Shown here piece after piece: positions 47,919-56,322 of a DNA stretch of 64,000 nucleotides. Source of the DNA: a virus; the IMG/VR virus record IMGVR_UViG_3300024255_000002; one strand, 5' to 3'. The notes beneath the pieces are model-generated. The model had not been told where the DNA came from. It saw only the letters and a program-made list of their open reading frames with translations, and made no database searches. Numbering within the stretch: position 1 is the first letter of the stretch; every line of letters starts with the position of its first letter. The position numbers and the translations under genes were made by a program.

Positions 47919-48635
47919 ATGACTTTTAAACATGTGAAATTAGATCAATCCGTCTTACCAAAAAACTTAGGTAAAAAGGGTAAGAATCAAAACGGAATTA
48001 GAATCTATGAAGTAGATGGTGTAAATATGCCATCTGTTACATCTATCTTAGGATCAATACCAGAGAAGAAACTAGTATTAGAGAAGTGGAGAAAGGCCGT
48101 TGGTGAAGCAATGGCAAGTTATATCTCACTTCAGGCAACATCCAGAGGTAAGACAACTCACACACTTATAGAAAATCATTTAAACAATGAAGATGAGAAG
48201 TCTATAGGAATTACAAAAGTAGGACCATTAGGTCTTTTTAGAATTGTTAAACCTTATCTAGCAAGAATAGAAGAAATTTATTTGTTAGAGGAAATAATGT
48301 ATTCAAAAGAATGGTCAGTTGCAGGTCAAGTTGATTGCGTTGCTACATACAAAGGCAAGTTATCTATTATTGACTTTAAAACCTCGACAAAACAAAGAGA
48401 CGAAAAATACAACTATTCTAACTTTTTACAATGTTCAGCATATGCTAAAATGTTTGAAGAACTATATCCTAAGAAGAAGATAGAACAAACAGTAATTTTA
48501 GCTGCTTGTGAAGACGGTTTTGTACAAGAATGGATACATGGTAAAGACAAGATTAAAGAACACCAAGAGTTATTTGTTAAACACACAACTGATTTTTTCA
48601 ATCAACATAGCAAACAAATAGCGAATGTAGTATAA
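47919..48635 (+). CDS. PD-(D/E)XK exonuclease
   Basis: PSVTSIL, RGKTTH, AGQVDC, IIDFKTS, QCSAYA. Confidence 0.88.
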   Translation: MTFKHVKLDQSVLPKNLGKKGKNQNGIRIYEVDGVNMPSVTSILGSIPEKKLVLEKWRKAVGEAMASYISLQATSRGKTTHTLIENHLNNEDEKSIGITKVGPLGLFRIVKPYLARIEEIYLLEEIMYSKEWSVAGQVDCVATYKGKLSIIDFKTSTKQRDEKYNYSNFLQCSAYAKMFEELYPKKKIEQTVILAACEDGFVQEWIHGKDKIKEHQELFVKHTTDFFNQHSKQIANVV

Positions 48636-48638
48636 ATA
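48631..48638 (+). promoter_or_regulatory. Late promoter TATAAATA
   Basis: Exact consensus. Confidence 0.7.
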
Positions 48639-48661
48639 GTTAAGTCAACAAGGACTTACTA

Positions 48662-49021
48662 ATGAAAAAACTATTACTCACATTGTTATTATGTTTATTT
48701 GCTACAGCATCACATTCAGATCATAAACCGCTTAATCTAGTACCATCAGAAATGCCAGTTTGGTGTGGGTTACCTGCTGACACAGAAAAATATGTAAGAG
48801 ATCATAACTATACACCTATATCAATTTCATTTGGTAGAGTTGGTGCTAGTGCAGATGGCGAAGTAGTTTTTGCTTCAATCATCTATATAAACATGGAGAA
48901 CGATCAGTTAATACCAATGATGATTACACCAGATGGTTCACAATCGTGTTTAATATACATTACATTTAATTTTTCATTGAACGAAGAAGTAAAAGAACAA
49001 TTTAAGGAATATATAAAATAA
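48662..49021 (+). CDS. Exported hypothetical protein
   Basis: Signal peptide; PVWCG...SCL. Confidence 0.6.
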   Translation: MKKLLLTLLLCLFATASHSDHKPLNLVPSEMPVWCGLPADTEKYVRDHNYTPISISFGRVGASADGEVVFASIIYINMENDQLIPMMITPDGSQSCLIYITFNFSLNEEVKEQFKEYIK

Positions 49022-49066
49022 TGTGGCCATATACAGATGAAGAAGCCAAGTGGCTTAAATAGAATA

Positions 49067-49095
49067 TTGACTTTTAAACATAAACGTGTTATAAT
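49067..49095 (+). promoter_or_regulatory. sigma70 promoter TTGACT-17-TATAAT
   Basis: Near-consensus, 5 nt before the ATG. Confidence 0.75.
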
Positions 49096-49100
49096 AAGAT

Positions 49101-49637
49101 ATGAAACAATTTAAACAACTTTATAACGAAGCAAGTTTGAGTAGAGTCTATTCTCATACTCAAAAAAGAAACATTGCTATCGTATCTGCTGAAAGAGATC
49201 AGTTTACAAAGGCTGAAAATGCCAAAAGAACAAAAGAACTAAAGGCAGATATTAGAAGAAATGGATTTGGTTTCTTAACTATCAAAGGCATATATCAAGG
49301 AACAGTTGAAATGTCTTTTATGATAATCGGTCCTGAAGATAAAGATAAGAATAGAACAAAACAATTTGCTGTTGCTCTAGGTAAAAAATATTCACAAGAC
49401 TCTGTTTTAGTAAAACAACCAGATAACGATAACGCTTATGTTGTAGGTACAAACACAACAGGTAGTTTAGGTATGGGTAGAGAGGCGTCACTAGGTAAGT
49501 GGCACCCTAACAGATCAGGTGAATATCTAAGTGCATTAGGAAACAAAAAGAGTAAAACATTTGTTTTTGAAAGTATAAAGTTTGAATATCAAAATAGAGA
49601 ATACGCCAACCGAGAACGAGATATGGTTGAATTTTAA
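49101..49637 (+). CDS. Conserved phage protein (EASLSR family), probably head-targeted
   Basis: MKQFKQLYNEASLSR, SAER...N..R..EL, LGKKYSQDSV. Confidence 0.6.
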   Translation: MKQFKQLYNEASLSRVYSHTQKRNIAIVSAERDQFTKAENAKRTKELKADIRRNGFGFLTIKGIYQGTVEMSFMIIGPEDKDKNRTKQFAVALGKKYSQDSVLVKQPDNDNAYVVGTNTTGSLGMGREASLGKWHPNRSGEYLSALGNKKSKTFVFESIKFEYQNREYANRERDMVEF

Positions 49638-49654
49638 ACAATAGGAATTATATT

Positions 49655-49876
49655 ATGTTGATGAATAGTAAAAGGTTTGGATTGCTTATAGAAGCAATGG
49701 TTAAAGAGAGAAGAATTCCATACATGGATGCTGTGTTAAAATATTGTGAAGAAAACGATATAGACACGTCAACTGTAGGACCATTAATAAACAAATCACT
49801 AAAAGAAAAAATACAAATGGAGGCTGAGAAGTTGAACCTGATTGAAAAATCAAGTACTGCTTGTTTGCCACTATGA
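49655..49876 (+). CDS. 33: Late transcription co-activator gp33
   Basis: YMDAVLKYCEEN.I, LKEKI..EA..LN. Confidence 0.85.
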   Translation: MLMNSKRFGLLIEAMVKERRIPYMDAVLKYCEENDIDTSTVGPLINKSLKEKIQMEAEKLNLIEKSSTACLPL

Positions 49877-50475
49877 CGAGTTATGAATGTTACAGGTTAT
49901 ATCTTGCTATTAAGTTGCATTTTACTTCCGACAGTTATGACTATTTTAAACATAACGCTAAAGTAAATTGCAGTATGAATACGTTTCTAAAAAGAAACGA
50001 TAGGTTTTTCTTCCATAAATTAACGACTAAATATAACGAAGAAGAATTGATGATGTATTTCGTTTCAAACTTCTTAAACAAAACCAAAACTTGGGTAGGG
50101 GATTTAGTAAGAAATGAAGGAGAAACTAATTACAACGATTGGAAGAAATATAATGAATCTTTTAGTTACAATTTTCGAAATGATTGTACTGTTTTTTATA
50201 ATGACCTTAGCGACAACTCTATTCGCTTTGATGATGGTCTCTTATGCAATAGCGGACAACATCCTATCTTGCTACGGTTACTTCTTTCAAAAAAGATCAG
50301 ATTGGAAACGATCATCATCTTTGATAAGATATTATCGTTTGTTAAGAATTGGGATAAGAACATATCGGAACAAGTTATCTGGCCTGATGTCTCAAAAAGG
50401 TTAAAAAAGTATTCACCATTTGTTAGATATAATACAACTAAATGTAAATTTATAATGAGAGAGGTGTTTGTATGA
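49873..50475 (+). CDS. 59: Helicase loader gp59
   Basis: YLAIKLHFT..SYDY.K, KRNDRFFF; gp33-gp59-gp32 synteny. Confidence 0.88.
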   Translation: MTSYECYRLYLAIKLHFTSDSYDYFKHNAKVNCSMNTFLKRNDRFFFHKLTTKYNEEELMMYFVSNFLNKTKTWVGDLVRNEGETNYNDWKKYNESFSYNFRNDCTVFYNDLSDNSIRFDDGLLCNSGQHPILLRLLLSKKIRLETIIIFDKILSFVKNWDKNISEQVIWPDVSKRLKKYSPFVRYNTTKCKFIMREVFV

Positions 50476-51086
50476 ACATAAGTGTAATTGATAAAATGGG
50501 TAGTGACTTATCAGTAGTTAATGCTGCTAGAGTATCTTTTAATAAATTCAAATCAAAGTTCGATGACAAAGACGAAAAACTTATAAAGTATTTGGCAGAC
50601 CATGAACACTGGTCACCATTTGCTCATGCGTCTATATCTTTTAGAATAAAGGCACCTATATTTGTAGCAAGACAACTAGTTAAACATCAAGTAGGACTAG
50701 TATGGAATGAAGTTAGTCGAAGATATGTAGATGAAGAACCAGAGTTTTTTGTACCTTTCATGTGGAGAAAAAAGGCAGAAAATAAAAAACAAGGATCAAG
50801 TGACGAAGAAGTTGAATTTGATATTACAGATTTTGTAAAGTCAGCAAAAGAATTATATGGTTCTATGTTAGATAAGGATATTGCACCTGAAATGGCAAGA
50901 ATGATATTACCACAAAACATGATGACAGAATGGATATGGTCAGGTTCAATCTATGCATTTGCTAGAGTGTGTAATTTAAGAAATAAAAAAGACTCTCAAG
51001 TAGAAACTAGAGAAGTGAGTATGCAACTTACCAGACACATAAAAGATCATTTTCCTATGTGTCACAAATATTTGATTAAGGAGTAG
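50472..51086 (+). CDS. thyX: FAD-dependent thymidylate synthase
   Basis: VVNAARVSF, HWSPF, ARQLVKH, NEVSRRY, EMARMILP. Confidence 0.95.
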   Translation: MNISVIDKMGSDLSVVNAARVSFNKFKSKFDDKDEKLIKYLADHEHWSPFAHASISFRIKAPIFVARQLVKHQVGLVWNEVSRRYVDEEPEFFVPFMWRKKAENKKQGSSDEEVEFDITDFVKSAKELYGSMLDKDIAPEMARMILPQNMMTEWIWSGSIYAFARVCNLRNKKDSQVETREVSMQLTRHIKDHFPMCHKYLIKE

Positions 51087-51088
51087 TT

Positions 51089-51337
51089 ATGGATTATAAT
51101 GATATGTTACCAGAGACTAATAAAAGAGGTGATACAAAAATTGATAGAGTTTATATGGATTTACATGGCAAAGTATATGTAGTTTTAAAAGATGCTACAA
51201 CTGAATACAATGTACAAAAGAAATCTATTAAGTTAGATAATGGTTCATTAGGACATGTTTATAACTATAAAAACAAATGGTTTGATAGAACAGGAATGCC
51301 TATTGATAAACCTAATAATTTGATAACAAGATTATAA
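51089..51337 (+). CDS. Hypothetical protein
   Basis: GGAG SD; 82 aa ORF. Confidence 0.55.
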   Translation: MDYNDMLPETNKRGDTKIDRVYMDLHGKVYVVLKDATTEYNVQKKSIKLDNGSLGHVYNYKNKWFDRTGMPIDKPNNLITRL

Positions 51338-51338
51338 A

Positions 51339-52214
51339 ATGAAACGAGTATTTTGTATAGGTAACGGTGAAAGTCGTAGAGACTTTCCTTTGCAATCACT
51401 AAAACAACACGGCAAGATTTATATGTGTAACGCTGCTTATAGAGAAGAAGCAGATTTAATAGATGTATTGACGGCAGTTGATAATGGTATTGTACATGAA
51501 ATATATCACAGTGGTTTTGCTTATGACAAACCATGTTGGTTCAGAAACTGGACAAAAGTACCTGCTGAAATGTATGATACAGTTGTTGGTGGATTTGTTA
51601 CAAGTGAAGACTACAACTTAGTAAAAGACTTTGATGTTATAAAAGAAAACGAAAGAGGTGACGCAAAAGAATTTGTAATACACGGAACATCTATTGCTGG
51701 TATGGCAAGTATTATTAAAAATGTAAAGAGATCACATCCTAATGCTACACCAGATATAGTAAAAAAGAAAATACAAAGTTCACAGGTATTTGTTTCTTGG
51801 ATACATGAGAATGATAAGTCACATGATTTAAGAGAAGTGTTTAAAGATTACAAAGATCATGGTTGGGCATGTGGACCATCTAGTGGATACATTGCTACAA
51901 AGGTAGAACAACCAGATGAAATATATTTGTTAGGCCATGACCTAGTTTCAGATACATTGCTTTTAAATAATATGTTTAAAAATACAAAACACTACGGCAT
52001 AGATAAGAATAGTGCCATACCAGCAGACAACTGGATTAGTCAGTGGTATACCTTAATAGATTGGAATCCTAATATCAAGTTCTATAAGGTAAACAAAGGC
52101 ACAGATAATAAACCCACCAACAAGAAAATAGACAAGTGGAATAAGTGGGAAGAACAAGGTAGATTGCAATATATAACCCAAGCACAGCTTGTTGACAAAA
52201 TGAGTAAAGTGTGA
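51339..52214 (+). CDS. Maf/DUF115-like glycosyltransferase-related protein
   Basis: CIGNGES, CNA, SSG, IYLLGHD. Confidence 0.5.
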   Translation: MKRVFCIGNGESRRDFPLQSLKQHGKIYMCNAAYREEADLIDVLTAVDNGIVHEIYHSGFAYDKPCWFRNWTKVPAEMYDTVVGGFVTSEDYNLVKDFDVIKENERGDAKEFVIHGTSIAGMASIIKNVKRSHPNATPDIVKKKIQSSQVFVSWIHENDKSHDLREVFKDYKDHGWACGPSSGYIATKVEQPDEIYLLGHDLVSDTLLLNNMFKNTKHYGIDKNSAIPADNWISQWYTLIDWNPNIKFYKVNKGTDNKPTNKKIDKWNKWEEQGRLQYITQAQLVDKMSKV

Positions 52215-52220
52215 TATAAT
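52192..52220 (+). promoter_or_regulatory. sigma70 promoter TTGACA-17-TATAAT
   Basis: Perfect consensus. Confidence 0.8.
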
Positions 52221-52227
52221 AAGAATT

Positions 52228-52404
52228 ATGTTTGATAACTTTGTTTATAGAATACTAGACTGGATTGTGAGTCGATGTGGAAAGATTAAAGAATGGAAAA
52301 TTCAAAAATCATTACCACGTCCAAAACCCACAGCACAACAGTGGGCTAAAGAATATAAGAAATTTAAAGAAAAAACTTATAAAAATAATGATGATTGCCA
52401 GTAA
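52228..52404 (+). CDS. 58 aa hypothetical protein (not in ORF track)
   Basis: MFDNFVYRILDW...; starts 7 nt after the -10 box. Confidence 0.5.
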   Translation: MFDNFVYRILDWIVSRCGKIKEWKIQKSLPRPKPTAQQWAKEYKKFKEKTYKNNDDCQ

Positions 52405-52410
52405 AAGTTT

Positions 52411-52418
52411 TATAAATA
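52411..52418 (+). promoter_or_regulatory. Late promoter TATAAATA upstream of gp32
   Basis: Exact consensus. Confidence 0.65.
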
Positions 52419-52441
52419 ATACTATACTTACATTTAAATTA

Positions 52442-52477
52442 ATACATACAACAATACATACAAGGAGATACATACAA
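52442..52477 (+). repeat. Three ATACATACAA repeats spanning the gp32 ribosome-binding site
   Basis: Copies at 52442, 52454 and 52468. Confidence 0.8.
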
Positions 52478-53367
52478 TGTCAAGTGCATTAGAAGCCCTA
52501 AAAAAGTCAAAGTCAAACTTTGATACACTAACTAAACAGTTAGAAAAATCAATCGAACAACCTGAAAAGAAAAAGTCATACCAAGACGATAGATTCTGGA
52601 AACCAGAGTTAGATAAATCTGGTAACGGATATGCAGTAATTAGATTTTTACCTGCTATCGAAGGTGAAGACTTACCATGGCAGAGAGTCTGGAATCATGC
52701 TTTTCAAGGACCAGGTGGTCAGTGGTATATTGAAAACTCATTGACAACTTTAAATCAAAAAGATCCTGTTAGTGAAGAAAACACTAGATTGTGGAATACA
52801 GGTATCGAAGCAGATAAAGAGATTGCTAGAAAAAGAAAAAGAAAGTTATCACACTATTCTAATATTCTAGTTGTTTCTGATCCAAAAAATCCAGAGAACG
52901 ATGGCAAAGTTTTCTTATTCAAATTCGGTAAAAAGATATTTGATAAGATTACTGAAGCGATGAATCCTCAATTTGAAGATGAGAAGGCAGTTAACCCATT
53001 TGATTTTTGGGAAGGTGCAAACTTCAAACTAAAAATCAGAAAAGTTGATGGATACTGGAATTACGATAAGTCTGAATTTGAGCCAGTTAGTAGAGTAAAA
53101 CCTACTGATGAGGAGATTGACACTTTGTGGAAATCTCAACATGCTCTAAAGGCCTTCATTGATCCAAGTAACTTTAAGTCTTATGACGAACTCAAAGAGA
53201 AACTGAATAAGACACTTACTGGACAAAGAAGTACAGAAACGGTTGAGGATATTGATCTCCCACCAATTAGTAATGATGTTCCTCATACTAACGTTTCTGT
53301 AGGAAAAGAGGATGAATCTACTGATGATTTGTCTTATTTTAGCAAGTTAGCGGAAGACGATTCCTAA
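52477..53367 (+). CDS. 32: Single-stranded DNA-binding protein gp32
   Basis: DDRFWKP.LDKSGNGYAVIRFLP, WYIENSLTT, PFDFWEGANF, acidic tail. Confidence 0.97.
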   Translation: MSSALEALKKSKSNFDTLTKQLEKSIEQPEKKKSYQDDRFWKPELDKSGNGYAVIRFLPAIEGEDLPWQRVWNHAFQGPGGQWYIENSLTTLNQKDPVSEENTRLWNTGIEADKEIARKRKRKLSHYSNILVVSDPKNPENDGKVFLFKFGKKIFDKITEAMNPQFEDEKAVNPFDFWEGANFKLKIRKVDGYWNYDKSEFEPVSRVKPTDEEIDTLWKSQHALKAFIDPSNFKSYDELKEKLNKTLTGQRSTETVEDIDLPPISNDVPHTNVSVGKEDESTDDLSYFSKLAEDDS

Positions 53368-53390
53368 ACTATCTCTCTCACTTTTCCAAA

Positions 53391-53410
53391 GGGTGGCCTT
53401 CGGGCCACCC
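53391..53410 (+). terminator. cUUCGg tetraloop hairpin
   Basis: GGGTGGCC-TTCG-GGCCACCC after gp32. Confidence 0.8.
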
Positions 53411-53418
53411 TACTAAAT

Positions 53419-53433
53419 GTTCTCGTTTTGTTC
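53419..53433. promoter_or_regulatory. LexA (SOS) box-like site GTTC-N7-GTTC
   Basis: GTTC-TCGTTTT-GTTC. Confidence 0.6.
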
Positions 53434-53481
53434 TCATCTAAAATACACATAAAATAACCCTAAAAAAGACCAGTTTCACGC

Positions 53482-53510
53482 TTGACAAAAGCGTCAAACT
53501 ATGATATAGT
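53482..53510 (+). promoter_or_regulatory. sigma70 promoter TTGACA-17-TATAGT
   Basis: Near-consensus. Confidence 0.75.
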
Positions 53511-53575
53511 ATTACTATGAATTAAACAATTGTGTTTGATTCTATTATTAAACCGATAATAAGAAAGGATATATT

Positions 53576-55015
53576 ATGTTATTATCACAAATGAAAGACT
53601 TTAGTTACGAAGTATTAAATAATACCGTACTGGAGCAATCTTACCTAGACAAATCATTTCAGGTAGGAATATTTAAATCAAAAGACAAAACAATTGATGT
53701 TGTAGGGATTGATTCCAGATGGGACAATACTATGCGTCAAAGTTTCATCAAATCAGTTGCTACTGGTAATGCAGTAACACCTCTAGTCATTGTTGACGCA
53801 AAAGAATGCTTAAACAATGCTGATACTCAAAACGACCAAGAGTATTTTCAATCTATCATTGACAAAGGTTTCAGATACATTGTTGTTGATGGTTGGAATA
53901 GAGTAGTTGCTTTGTTGAAATTCAAAAACAATCTATTTCAGTTTCCGAAAACTAGAAAGATGTTTGTACTTGACAATAACAACAATGAATCGTTTGTAGA
54001 AGTTACACAACCTGTTTCATATTCTACATTGAAAGAGTCAGTAACTAAAAACGAGATCAATTTAGTTAATGCCATTGACAATGCTAAAATATATGTTATT
54101 ATGGTTACAAAGGCAAGTAAGAAAGATATATCTAATCTTTTTTTAAGAGTCAACGATGGTAAAACATTGAACGGCCAAGAAAAAAGAAATGGTATGTTGA
54201 ATGTAGTTGCTGATACTATAAAACTATTGTCAGATCAAAACATTGAGTACATGTCAAAACTGTTTAGTGAGACCGAGATAACAAGATTGAAGTTTGACGA
54301 CTTCATCGCTAACTGTTTACTTGGTTACTCATACAAAAACGAGAAGAATATCTCCGACACTGCTAAAAACAAAATGTATGCAGATGAGTCAGATGATAAT
54401 CCTGCTGTTAAGTTTTTACACAAATTTAGTAAAGACTTTACAGATTTTTGTAAGTTTATCAATGAAAGTAATACCGACAAGATAAACTCAAAAACATTTT
54501 TGTTCTATGATTATTTCATGCTAACAAAATTGCTTGAAGATAAAAACATTGTCATAAAAGATAGAAAACTCTTTTATCAATGGTACAAAGGCTTTGTGAT
54601 TAAGAATATACAAAGTAAAAAGACCTACGATATTGATGATGATGTTTATACATTTGACCGTATGTTAAGAAAGAACAATGCCAATATCATACAATACAGA
54701 ATGAACATGTATGTAAATGATATATACGCTAATCTTCTTAATACAGATGTTATCAATGAATATACACCGAGATCAGACTCGTATCAGAAATATAGATACG
54801 AGTTATGGGCCAAACAAAATGGCTTTGACGCTGTGTCAGGTGAGTCGATACCACTACATGAAATACTTGATGAAAAGTACCATGTAGATCACATTGTGCC
54901 TTTGAGTAAAAAAGGTTCAGACGACATCTCAAATTTGAGATTAGTAAGTAGAGAATTTAATCTAAAGAAATCAAACAAACTTGATGAAGAATTAGATATG
55001 CAATTTTCTGCTTAA
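53576..55015 (+). CDS. DUF262/ParB-like + HNH protein (GmrSD-like nuclease)
   Basis: W.....SFI.S, VVDGWNR, F.RVNDG..L...E.RN; HVDHIVPLSKKGSDDISNLRLV...N.KKSN. Confidence 0.75.
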   Translation: MLLSQMKDFSYEVLNNTVLEQSYLDKSFQVGIFKSKDKTIDVVGIDSRWDNTMRQSFIKSVATGNAVTPLVIVDAKECLNNADTQNDQEYFQSIIDKGFRYIVVDGWNRVVALLKFKNNLFQFPKTRKMFVLDNNNNESFVEVTQPVSYSTLKESVTKNEINLVNAIDNAKIYVIMVTKASKKDISNLFLRVNDGKTLNGQEKRNGMLNVVADTIKLLSDQNIEYMSKLFSETEITRLKFDDFIANCLLGYSYKNEKNISDTAKNKMYADESDDNPAVKFLHKFSKDFTDFCKFINESNTDKINSKTFLFYDYFMLTKLLEDKNIVIKDRKLFYQWYKGFVIKNIQSKKTYDIDDDVYTFDRMLRKNNANIIQYRMNMYVNDIYANLLNTDVINEYTPRSDSYQKYRYELWAKQNGFDAVSGESIPLHEILDEKYHVDHIVPLSKKGSDDISNLRLVSREFNLKKSNKLDEELDMQFSA

Positions 55016-55479
55016 AAAGTCTTTAAATGATCTTCGGTAAGTATAACGAATTTCATATCATGTTTAATACACCAGGCGTTTGCGGTCTCCCACTTACGCC
55101 TGTTGGTCTCATAAGTTAAAACAGCATTTCTATAAACACGGCTACTTCTTGTTTTCTTAACAGGCCGTTGTACCTGATACTTAGGTTTAATCTCAACTAT
55201 TATTTTCTTATAAGTGCCATCTGGTTGCTTATACTTCATGTAGAAGTCAGGAAAGTATCTATGTATTCTATTGTCAACTGATCTATATGGTATTATTAAT
55301 TCTTCACTACCCCATTCAGTGACATTTTCATTCCTATCACACCAATTGGCAAACTTACGTTCCCAACTAGAACGACAGATTATATTTGTAACATCACCTT
55401 TATACTTCTCTGGATTAGTAGGTGTATATTTGCTTTTATATGGTTTTTTATCTATATTTGTTAGTTTCTTAAATCTCAT
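55012..55479 (-). CDS. 4: Head completion protein gp4
   Basis: NPEKYKGD..NIICRSSWERKF, WGSEE, HRYFPDF, VEIKP. Confidence 0.93.
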   Translation of the reverse strand: MRFKKLTNIDKKPYKSKYTPTNPEKYKGDVTNIICRSSWERKFANWCDRNENVTEWGSEELIIPYRSVDNRIHRYFPDFYMKYKQPDGTYKKIIVEIKPKYQVQRPVKKTRSSRVYRNAVLTYETNRRKWETANAWCIKHDMKFVILTEDHLKTF

Positions 55480-55496
55480 ATTATTATTTATTTCAT

Positions 55497-55504
55497 TATA
55501 AATA
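55497..55504 (+). promoter_or_regulatory. Late promoter TATAAATA (gp2)
   Basis: Exact consensus between divergent gp4 and gp2. Confidence 0.7.
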
Positions 55505-55509
55505 TACAT

Positions 55510-56070
55510 ATGGCAACTGTATTTGATAGACTAAAGGACAAAGCAGGAGATTTTAAAAATAGAAAATCTGTTGATTGGTATAGAGCACAGGTTAATAGAC
55601 TTAAAATTAAGACAAATGCAAGTCAATTAATTAGACAAGGCAAATCAAAAGGATCACCAACTGAAGGTAATCTAAATTTGTTTGGTTATAGTCCTAAGTA
55701 TGCCAACACATTAAAATATTATGACGTGTTTCCTCTAGTGTTGCCATTAAAGTTTGTACCTGGTGGGTTTATAGGAATAAATTTTCACTATTTACCACCA
55801 ACTTTGAGATTTAAATTATTAGATATATTACAGCGATATACAAACAGTCCAAGGTTTGAAGAAAACAGTAGATTTGTTGTGTATTACGATGACTTGAAGA
55901 ACTTAAAAATAATCAAGCCGACACTTAAAAGGTATTTGTATGCCAAGGCAACAACTCCTTTTTTGAAGATAAATATGGATGACGCTGCTATTGCAGCCTA
56001 TCTTCCTGTGGCAAGATTTAAGAAAGCCACAGAGCGACAAGTGTGGGCAGATAGTAGGAGGATGTTATAA
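55510..56070 (+). CDS. 2: DNA end protector gp2
   Basis: YYDVFPLV, GINFHYLPP.LR, KRYL, LP.ARF.KA...VW.DSR. Confidence 0.88.
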   Translation: MATVFDRLKDKAGDFKNRKSVDWYRAQVNRLKIKTNASQLIRQGKSKGSPTEGNLNLFGYSPKYANTLKYYDVFPLVLPLKFVPGGFIGINFHYLPPTLRFKLLDILQRYTNSPRFEENSRFVVYYDDLKNLKIIKPTLKRYLYAKATTPFLKINMDDAAIAAYLPVARFKKATERQVWADSRRML

Positions 56071-56249
56071 TGGACAGAGATAGAACAAAACAGTTAGAAA
56101 TGCATAGACAACAAAAGTTAAAAGAGCATAAAGAAAAAATATTACAAAGAACTTTAGTTAGATCAGTTGAAACTGGTGCTAACGGAACGCAAAATTATGT
56201 CCTAAAAGAGGGACAAAACGCTGGTAAAGTAGCAAAAAGGGATCAATAA
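56070..56249 (+). CDS. 59 aa hypothetical protein (not in ORF track)
   Basis: MDRDRTKQL...GANGTQNY; coupled at both ends. Confidence 0.5.
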   Translation: MDRDRTKQLEMHRQQKLKEHKEKILQRTLVRSVETGANGTQNYVLKEGQNAGKVAKRDQ

Positions 56250-56322
56250 TGAAACAATGGTTTAATAAACTAATTGATAAACTGTTTGGCAAAAGATGCC
56301 AATGTGGTAAAAAGGAAAAATA

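Noticed and set aside
52442-52477. CRISPR-like or mini-array interpretation of the repeats
   Set aside because: 10-nt units with 2-4 nt gaps and no spacers; explained as the gp32 leader.
52277-52492. 71 aa ORF upstream of gp32
   Set aside because: Runs through the late promoter and repeat leader; the 52228-52404 frame fits the promoter better.
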